Shown here piece after piece: positions 34,671 to 44,624 of a stretch of 44,624 nt of DNA. The stretch lies in contig NC_068984.1 in NCBI RefSeq assembly GCF_001194135.2, forward strand, positions 29,878,550 to 29,923,173, written 5' to 3'. Positions within the stretch are counted from its first letter, which is position 1; each line of letters opens with the position of its first letter. The stretch comes from Octopus bimaculoides (taxonomy: Eukaryota). The translations under genes were made by a program, and so were the position numbers. The notes beneath the pieces were generated by a model. The model had not been told where the DNA came from. It worked only from the letters and a program-made list of their open reading frames with translations, and searched no databases.

Positions 34671-37600
34671 TACTGAATACATTTCCGCAACATTGATATA
34701 ATGGATTTAACTTCATTCCTATTGCCTGAAACAAGTATATCCTCCTCAATGTTCAACAACAAGAAAATGTTGATATGAGAATATTTCCTCAGCATGACTT
34801 CTTTTACAAAGGACATATAGTTCCGTGGGAGATAACATAATGAATGTGGTAAACCTACAGAACCTGCTAAAATGAAAAGGGAGAACATATTTATGGAAAT
34901 TGTTGTGAAGTAAGTGCAATATTTTATTAAATAGCGTAATATCGACATATTATTGACGCAAACTCGAATGATTTCTGCTTCAGATCAGTATTTTACTCAT
35001 ATATCCATAATGCATTTGAAATGCATGAATGTCGGATAATATAATTTATCAGCATTCAAACTCTAAAGCATTGTGTCTATGTAAGTCAGCTGTATAATTC
35101 GTAATTTGTCAGCAGTATAATTCAAGATACTTATAAACCGATATATTCTTTTCATTATTGTTTACTCAAACATTACATACATCGTCACTATTAGTTTTGA
35201 AAGATCATTGAATTAATTCCAAAATTGTTAGGTCAAACAAAATCTAAATGATTTAGAATTCGATTAGAGAAGAGTTATAATTATATTTGAATTTCTTTTA
35301 AATGTCAATAAACCTACCTGAGATATTATAATCAAATTTATATCTTCAAACTTATAATGTTCGACTTTATCTTCAATATGAAGAACAACTACTTTATTGA
35401 ATGTTGGATAGTAGTAAACAACATTTTGAAAACGAAGAAATTACTCTATTGTGAATCTTTTAGGTAATATTTTTGAATAACATAATTTAAGTAAAATTCA
35501 TATGTATTTAATAATTATGTATAGTAGTTTGACATTCAAAATAAAACCACACAACATTTGTGCCGTTAGCACAAATAGAAAAAGCAAAGTGATGAAAGTA
35601 AATGGTAGAATAACAGTATATGTTGTTATTTTCCCACTTAATGTAGGTTTGTTGGGTTGATCTGTTTAGAAAGTACGCATCATATAATCAAGGAAATGAA
35701 AAGTCTGGTGCTTATTGTTGAAACAAAATTTTCAGATTTAAATAGTGTATTTGTTATACAGAAATATTCATTAAACTTAGTACCAAATCAATTATCCAAG
35801 AACAATAAATTGAACAAATACTTCTACATTTTAAATACAGTAGTAATTTTGGCATTTTAGAGTAGTTTCCATAAAGAAATAATGCACTTCTATTTGCCCA
35901 GCGTAACAAAGATATACTGCAACGTTTATCTTGAATAATTGCTTTATTTATATCGGAATAGATAGCTTTAAAGTATAATTTAGAGAAAATAAAACTCATT
36001 CTGAAACAATAATATAAGCAGTATTGCATAACACGTTTGGTTATTGAGATAAATTTGAACACATTTGCGTTCTTATAACAAGAAAAATTAAGTCCATATC
36101 TGCAAATACTGAGTACGTGAAAATATCTACATACAAAGCTCACTGCTTTTGTTCATAGATATCAATTTCCACGGAAAGTGGAAGATTTACTATTTCTGTG
36201 TGGGCTAGAGCAAGAATAATTTAAGGAAGTGAATTCAGATCAACATAAAAATGTTTGATCCTGTTTGGAAACGTCTGTGAATGAAGGTGTTGCGAAGGTG
36301 TGATATTTCGTGTTGACGCCTTGCTTGTAGCAACAAATTTACTTTTGCCCTTTATGTGATTCTTTATTGAATCAAAGAAATAACAATTTAAGATTATTAT
36401 TGTAAAGTTAACTAGATTGCTAAAAGAAAGAAAATGGAGAAATTAGTATTTTGCATAGTTTTATTCTCTGTCGTATATCCTTTATAATCTCGATGAAACA
36501 TCACTTTGGGGATAGTTTTTTCATAATCTAAGATTAAGATAATCTTGAGTAATATTAATAACAGAACTTTAAAAAGAATCAATATGTGTACCCTAACATG
36601 AATGAATTGGATAATGCTGTTGATATTCTAGCGAAATATTAAGATGTCCCACAAACTAATTTCAGTTTTGTTATCAAAACATTAAAGAAAGGACACATAT
36701 AGTAAACACATGCAATGTTGAGTGCAATCATAGAAACGAGGAGTACGACTAGGAAGTTTATTCTGTTGTCAACAAAATTTCATTTCTAAAAAAAAAAACG
36801 TGTCCATTGAATGAAAAATAAAACTTATTTTGTAAACAACTACAGTGGGGAGTTTTCTTTAATAATAAAATGAATAAATGGAAATACACTAAAGTATCTA
36901 TAATTGTAGCTATAGACGTTTATGAGTCAACGTTGTAATCTTTCCTCGGAACTCGGAACTGACATCACAGAATAAATATCACACGCGTGCGCACACACAC
37001 GTACACGCACATACACAGACACACAAACACACACACACATGTATATATATTTATGTATCATACACGGAGAATGAGTACTAAAGACCACAGTGGAGGATAA
37101 ATATTCTTTATTTGTAGATTAAAATGGTCTTCAATACTTTCACGTGGAAGAGGTCACCACAATTATTCAATTTGTGAACCGCTTAGGAACGTTGATAATT
37201 GTCTCCATTTTGAATGAGAATATATGCGGTTATGTAAACCTGACCGGGATTTTAATATAAATACAAGGATCAAAGAAGATAACTTATCGGAATAACTTAA
37301 CATTTCACTTTTATTGGCCTTGGAGATTTGCAAGAATTTCCGTTGAACATACATTAATTCCTTACTTATCTTATGAGCGAGAACGCTCAAGCACACCCAT
37401 ACACACACACGCACATTTATACATCCTGTTTGAGTGTGTGTGTATTATCATTTGTAACGTTTTACAGGTTTTGAACACAAAACGTCTTCCTGGAGTTTAA
37501 ATTCATAAAAAATAATAATTTCATCCGTATATATTTGTGTTGGTAGGCAATCCAGCGTGAGTTCGTGGAGCTATGTACCGTAGTTTGCCAGCAAGATCAG

Positions 37601-37904
37601 GGTTTATTTCCTGCAGAAGAATATGTAAAACTCAAAGAACTATAAAAGAATGCATGAAGTAGATAGCTAAGGCACCTGAAACCAGTTCAAGTTGGCTGTG
37701 GCTCATCACAGACAGCAAGTGGAACCAGTCCTTAGTGCATCAGTCATAACAAAAGGAAGCAAAAACATTGTGACTCTAAGATAATTTCAGAAGGGTTTCC
37801 CCATCGCTACAGATTTATCAGAAAAAGAGATAACGTTATATAAGTTTCTTTGTCGAGTAGAGTATCGCCGTTGTTTACTTCACCACTTTGCCTATATATT
37901 TATA

Positions 37905-38041
37905 TACATACATACGTACGTTTGTATGTATGTATGTATGTATGTATATGTGTATGTATGTATGTGTGTATGTATGTATATATGTATGTATGTATGTAAA
38001 CATGCATGTATATATGCATGTACGTGAGTATACGCGTGTGC

Positions 38042-38078
<37 letters not shown>
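37905..38078. repeat. (TATG)n/(TA)n microsatellite
   Basis: Visible repeats. Confidence 0.95.
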
Positions 38079-38081
<3 letters not shown>

Positions 38082-38271
38082 TTACTTTTACCGAGAACAA
38101 TATCGACAATGACTAGATTCATCAAACTACTCGATGGAGGCTAAGAAGGCCGAAACGTCGACATCATTGTGGACATTATCCTTATTAAGTAATAATATCT
38201 ACTCGAAAATAAGTATTGAATAATCCTTCAACGTAGCCAAAAAAGTTGTTTCTTTTTTATACTGCGATGTA

Positions 38272-38395
38272 ATGTGGTGAGCTAGCAGAATCGTTAAAAT
38301 GCCTGACAAAAGTCACCACCCTCATTTTGTTTGTCTTGAGTTCAAATTCCACCGACTTTGCCATTCTTCCTTTTGAAGTCGAGAGGTTTATAACT
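38272..38395 (+). mobile_element. Decayed family B SINE 5' half
   Basis: tggtgagctagcagaatcgttaaaatgcctgac..gagttcaaattccaccgactttgcc. Confidence 0.7.
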
Positions 38396-38959
38396 CAACA
38401 TAAAAGCAAGCATTTATGTATAAATTAGAAACATGAAATTGTATGATGCTGGAAATGAAAATAAAAAACAAAACGAACAAAGACTCTAGACAAGCATTTG
38501 AGATACATTGAAATCGGTTAGCATCAAAAGTAAACTTCCTAAACTACGCTTTGTATCGAATATTTTGCTTTCTATAATGTTAAACGGAAATCTCGAAACG
38601 CCTGTCAAAAGGCAGAAAGTGAGAAGCGAACATTCTCTAATTTCCCTCATCCGGTTTTATTTCTAAGAAGTTCCGAAGTAATTATGCATTCAAATATGAA
38701 TTTTCGTTTGGAAAACATTATCTTTACATACTAAAATGTAATAGAAGATAGATTTTCTGATTCCTACCGACAACTTTGCGTTTATTTGACTTTCACCTTA
38801 CTTATTTTTTCCTAATGACATATCATTTCACTATTTACGTTTGCTTTTAAAACTAATACATACATGTATAAATGCATGCATTCCTCTTTCCCTATATGTG
38901 TAAATGTATGTATGTATATATATATATATCCTTAGATATAAATAAGTGTATGAACATAC

Positions 38960-39093
38960 ATATATATTTAAACTTGTTTATATGTACATATATGTATGTA
39001 TACTTGAGTGTAAATACACACACATATATGTGTGTGTATATATATATATACGTGTATATATATACATATATATACATACATATATATATACAT

Positions 39094-39161
<68 letters not shown>

Positions 39162-39190
39162 ATAGGTAGATAGATTGATGGATAGATAGA
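38960..39190. repeat. (TA)/(CA)/(TAGA) compound microsatellite
   Basis: Visible repeats. Confidence 0.95.
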
Positions 39191-42100
39191 CATTCGTACT
39201 CTAATGTTTGTGGTTCGATTACAATTATGTACTAACGTTTGAGAATCTAGAACAAAAGAATTCAACCCTATCATTAATCCTCTGATTTCTCTTTGCTAAA
39301 CAGCAGAATTTACTTTCCACTTTAAAGCGATGGAGTGGTGTGGGGTGGGGGTGGGGGCTTCTGTTTTAATTCTCACCACGTTAATGCTGCATATGTAAAT
39401 CTTCGACGATTTTGAAAGTCGGCAGTTTACAACGTTCAATCTTAATGCTTCCATATATATTTCTGTTTTGTCTTAATATGGTTTTTTTTTTCGTTAGTTT
39501 CTTATTTTTTTCATTCTATTTTGTATTTCCTGCAATAATACTTTTGTTCGTAGGTATTAATTTCTTATCGATAGCAATACACAGTTAGTGTGAGGCTACA
39601 TCTGAAGAAACTCATGCTTTTATTATTTTTCTCTTACTCTTTAATGTTCCGACATTATATCTACTTTTGTACATTTTACCTTCGTATTGGTATTATTTCT
39701 TAGAGAAATTCATTGTTAAAGAAATAATGACGCTAACGTTTCTCTGGGGTCTTACACTTGCAATGTAATATTAATATCATCATTATTTTCATCATTGCTA
39801 TTATCTAGATATGTGTTTAAGATGGACATTTAAATTCTAGTTGTCGGAAGAAACAAGTTGTGGATATACAAACTGAAAACAAAAAGAAAAATAAAGAAGA
39901 TAAATAATGAACAATAAAATGGAAAAATAAAAAGAACACAATAAACAGTAACATCAATTTAACAATTGGTGTGAATTCTAGAAAAATAAGTGGATGACTT
40001 TGTCTAGGTGAACTTAAGTTTTTGTTTTTGTGAATGTTGTAGTTGTATACCGTTCATGGAAGGAAAAGAAAAATTATAGATGAAAACAAGTTAGACAAAC
40101 ATTACTTGAAAGAACATTCTTGATTATTCCTTTCGCCGTGCGAGTGTATCATGTTTGGTTTTCATAGGAATTCTAAACATGTAACAACAGCCTTAGAATC
40201 TTAATTTATGCTAATCAGTGTCAGATGGGCATTTTACAATTTACGATCTGCAAGAGAATAGAACTAAATAAAAATAATAACAAAATGTTAAAGAAAACGT
40301 AAAACGATGAGAGAAAAGTAAAGACATAATTAAGGAAGAAAAGAAAGAAGGGGTACAAAGAGAGAAAGGAAATGGGCTTACGAAGTTAAAGTAAAACAAA
40401 TATAAATAATAATATGAATTAATAAAAGAGACAACATTAAAGGTAAGAAGAACGGCCCATTGGGATTCTGTATAGGAGGCAAAAGCAACCTAATAGTGAA
40501 TAGCAGAAAGTTGCAAACGCTAGACGACTAGTAATAAGGTTAAAGCTATCATTAATAACATTAATCACAACTGAGACAGCTAAGATTCGGCCTGCTGTGT
40601 ATTTTGTCTATTATTTACATCTTCGGTGGGCAGAAGCTAAGGTACTTAATGCTAGTGTGCTACTATTAACAAGGGAAAACAAAAGAAAACTGTAAAGTTG
40701 ATTAAATGATTTTCTCTCTGAATCTCCGAAATGGCGGGCTTAATTTCATTCACGAATACAACCTTGTGTAAGAGAGGTTGTTATCACAGAGTTGAGCACT
40801 GAAGAGAATAATTAGGTTCCTGGGTATTAATTCAAGTGATGTTACGTTTACATTTAAACGCCCATACAAACGCACACACATTTATTGTGAAGGAGAAAGG
40901 GAAAAAGAGTGAGTGAGAGAAAAAGAGCACAGGCTATAGCTAGACAGATATGTTATAAATATACTTTTGTGTAAATGTATGTATGTACAGTTTGCTGCTT
41001 ATCTGTATGCAGGTAATTGACGCTGTGCCTTTATATATGTGTATAAGGCCCAATTATATACAGCTATTGAGTAATTTTTATTCGACGTCTGATTATATTG
41101 TCTTTAAAAGTATATAAAAAATAGCAAAACACTGCTTGTGTAGCAGAATAAAATGTTTGTTTATTTATATATATATATATTTAAGTGTGTGCGTGAAACA
41201 CTACGCCATTTATGTTTCTATAAATCTGTATGTGTGAGTGTCTAGTTGTGTATGTGGCACTGGATTTTTACTGTGCACGTAAACTATCGTATACATATAT
41301 ACATAATGTGTGCTTTGCAATTTAATACAATATATTGCGGTATGTCTGAGTAGTCAAAATTGTGGATACGGACATTTTATATTCATGTCGATGTGAATTT
41401 GTGTGTATGTGTGCGTGCACGTGTGTGTGCACGTGTGTGTGAGTTTATGTTTGTGTGATGTGTGTCGGTGTCTACAAATGTCCCATTTTCTTGTGTAATG
41501 CCATATATATTTTATGTGGTTGGCGCTGACACGATTTCGAGCAAAATCAATTTCTCATTGGAGATGTTTTGAAAGTATTTCTGCCATATGCCCTTAGATG
41601 ACTACCTTGTAATTATTTTGTGTTACATATTCATGACAAATGGAGCATCCAGTCTGTCAAGCAACATTGGAACAGCTGTCCCAACCGACCGCCTTTTTCG
41701 AAAATAGACTTCCAGTCTCGCCCTAGAAGATCATACTATGGGATATAAGAGGCTTTGCTGGAGCTCAGCATGCAATCAATTTATGTCGGTCTTTGTATAT
41801 ATGATATTTTATGGAGGAGAGATACGGATTTTTAATCTGTAATGTAATCAAAAACTATGCAGTCTAGATTATCCATGGGACCTCTATCATGCAAAACATC
41901 AACGATTTACAGTTTCCGGACAATATATTTCATTGGTGGATATTTCGAATTTTCTGAAATTAAAGAATATATATTTCCTAATTATATCCGTTATTAGCTT
42001 TTTTTTCCTTCGAGAAATAATCGTAATCAGCTTGGAATCCTGAAATCATCAAAATGCGTAGCATATCCAAGCTATCTCATATGGAACATGATGACGTGAA

Positions 42101-43036
42101 CTTCCCTATTGGAACAGGTTGTGTTTTCTAGCACGTATGTTTAAAGTGTAAAAGTTTTCTAACCGGAGTTAATTATAAGCCTCATACACTTCATGCGAAA
42201 TGTTTTGATTATTTTGATGTGTTGTGACTATGGGGTCCATGACTCAAAAGCGAATAGCAGAGATGTAAGGATTCAGGTATTATGAACGTTAGACAGCATC
42301 AAATCCCTCTCTTATCGAATTCGTTTCTCCAGTGATAGTGATATTCTGAAATCAACCTGAATACTGAGAGGGCTTCAAAAGAAGATTGATCCCGTGAAGA
42401 ATTATACATTCGTTTTCATATTCGCAGTTTTGTGAGCAGATATAAATATCACCTTAATTTTCTTCAGTATGAGCCATGTCATATGTTCACAATTACTGTG
42501 GGCCCGATGTAATCCACTACATCACACCATGCTTGATAAATTCAGCTCATGCAGGTTTTTTTGAGAGGATATATTTAATGGAAATTTTCTCTTCCTCTAT
42601 ATTAGGATTAATACTCATCTCTTTCATAACATGTTACTGCAAGAGAATTTCTTTAATGTTATCCTCTATGGTTAAGAAGAGTTGCAAAAAATATCTGTGA
42701 AATGCTCAAATCATTCGTTCAGAATACCCTCTTTGTCACTAAAGTGGATCTATCTGCGGAACAGATAAGAGCAGTATTTCATTAGTGTGGAGCAACTATC
42801 TGCTTTAAAAAAACGTACCTTGTTTGCAAGTAGTTAAAGAAAAGTTGAATAACGGTTGACAATCTCAACTACTTAGTGTTGTTCGTTGTTTTCAATCCTT
42901 TTAGAATATACATTTATGTCCTTTCAATAATTAATGTGTCCGATGTTCCTTTCATTTTTCTCAAGGAATTGAAGAATGTACATTAGTACTCATATCGCTA
43001 ATTCTGAAACCACTTCTAAATATAATGCATCATTAA

Positions 43037-43252
43037 AGCGGTGAGCTTGCAGAGTCGATAGTGCGTCCGGAAAAAAATGTTCAGCGGCATTTCGTCTGTC
43101 TTTAAGTTGTGAGCTCAAATTCCGCTGTGGTCGACTTTGCCTTTCATCCTTTTTGGTTCGATAAAATAAGTATCAGTTCAGCAGTGGGGTCAACGTAATC
43201 GACTTATCCACTCTCCAAAATTGCTGATCTTGTGACAAAATTTGAAACCAGA
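43037..43252 (+). mobile_element. Full-length family B SINE with TSD
   Basis: Head agcggtgagcttgcagagtcg, core gactttgcctttcatcctttttggttcgataaaataagtatcag, tail ttgtgacaaaatttgaaacc; TSD ataatgcatcatt (43022-43034) versus ataatgcatgatt (43253-43265). Confidence 0.88.
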
Positions 43253-44499
43253 ATAATGCATGATTTCAAAGAAACAAATATTATTTTCAGCGTATTTTAT
43301 TTTTCTATATATTTATATTTACTGTGCTTGAATAGTTATGAAAAAAATCTTTTCATAATTCGATTTACTTATGAAATATTTTCATGCAATTACAGAAAAC
43401 TAACTGTAACATTCGCTGTAGCAAATGAGACGAAACTATGATCAGACTTACTTAACTTTTGAAGTACGCTATACTATCAAAGGTCTTCTTTCATATTTCA
43501 AGGATATAGAGTAGCATATTTGGTTGCAATTTCCAGACGTCGAGTGACAATGCCCAAAATCATTTTTTGGCTCAGGTTCGCTTGTCTAGCAAATTAGCTT
43601 TATGTTATTTAGTTTTATATCTTCAGAAATATACAAATATTAAAACAGGGGTCTAAATACAATCTTCACTTTTTATTCAGGGGTTATTTTCCAGAAATGA
43701 AATCCTACTGGATCAAAGAAATAAATAATTGTATTCCACGACACTGAGGGTAAACAACTGCATGGTTTAAGTAATTATATTTTAAAATTTCTTTTGGTTT
43801 CTCTTCTGGAAAATAATATAAGAAATATTCCTGAAAACACATTTAATGTAAAGTTAATGACCAGGAGCTGAAATATTTTATCGTGGTTTTGCTATCTTCA
43901 TATACTTCAACAATTATTGACTACGATTATTATCGATTGGAATGTTATGAGTACTTTGTTGTAATCCATGTACATCTATTATAATCTTATTAAAGTCAAT
44001 TTTTCCAGTAACACAACCGTATATCATGTAATTAATTGATATCATAGTTGTTAACACTGGATAATAGTCATAGCCATCACTTAGATCAGTAGTTGAAGAA
44101 ATATCTTTTCCGCTATTTACGCAATATTAATTTTAGCAGCCGTGGTTTGGAAGAGGTCCAAGTATCATTCTAAGATCATTTCTGGCGATATAACTTTGAC
44201 CACTAGATAATATCGGCAGTAAAGTAAAATAGAAGGCCAGATTTCAAGGCTTTGGTGGAAACAGGTTATCAGTAGTTCATCTCAAAGATAGAAACAGGGG
44301 GTAAAATGAATCGAAATGTCGTCTAATTATCATTGCATCAATTAAAATTAAGTCTCGCGATTTGAATTTAATCCGAATTGATCAAATATTTTGTATTTTA
44401 TCTAATATCAAGGTTTCTGTCGTAGGTATATACTCAAAGAGATTCAGTCACATACACAACTACACACTCGATATTGAAACGCAAGCATATACAAGCAAA

Positions 44500-44592
44500 C
44501 AATCAGACGCACAAAGACACAGACACGCACACACACACACTCGCACACACGCTTATACACGCCACGCACACATATATACATGTATGTATATG

Positions 44593-44624
<32 letters not shown>
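44500..44624. repeat. (CA)/(TA) microsatellite
   Basis: Visible repeats at the window end. Confidence 0.9.

Noticed and set aside
34670-34948. About 90 stop-free codons on minus, and an ECGK-containing frame on plus before GTAAGT
   Set aside because: No C2H2 spacing or known domain; a few ORFs of this length are expected by chance.
39332-39357. G-rich run, possible G-quadruplex
   Set aside because: Only three tracts of three or more G.
40248-40381. Minus-strand GTAAG..pyrimidine tract..CAG resembling a 134-nt intron
   Set aside because: The downstream flank hits stops within a few codons in all frames and the upstream flank is AT-rich and intron-like; the purine skew alone explains the tract.
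41635-41790. GC-richer patch with short open frames on both strands
   Set aside because: All frames under 40 codons, with no motif or splice support.

Overview
AT-rich animal genomic DNA with six N gaps, very dense di- and tri-nucleotide microsatellites and many decayed transposons. The SINE families and repeat landscape resemble an Octopus/coleoid cephalopod genome; that is inference from memory, not a database match. I found no intact protein-coding gene, rRNA, tRNA gene or CRISPR array. Every long ORF in the track is an artefact of gaps or microsatellites, and the protein-like ones are transposon relics. Supported elements: a maT/DD37D-like Tc1/mariner transposase relic (~1.5-2.1 kb), a 5'-truncated RTE LINE with a perfect 11-bp TSD (15896-17237), a Helitron Rep N-terminal relic with a 69-nt coding minisatellite (~20.9-22.3 kb), a complete 237-bp mini-Helitron (11992-12228), three tRNA-derived SINE families, and a same-strand stack of R4/Dong-like LINE 3' ends separated by (TAA)n tracts (25.8-27.4 kb). 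The most notable observations are that (TAA)n-targeted stack, a 251-bp fold-back element at 9000-9250, and a decayed hammerhead-like motif near 38.15 kb. Isolated splice and promoter signals on the + strand hint at a surrounding transcription unit, but sequence alone cannot show this. All alignments and folds were done by eye.
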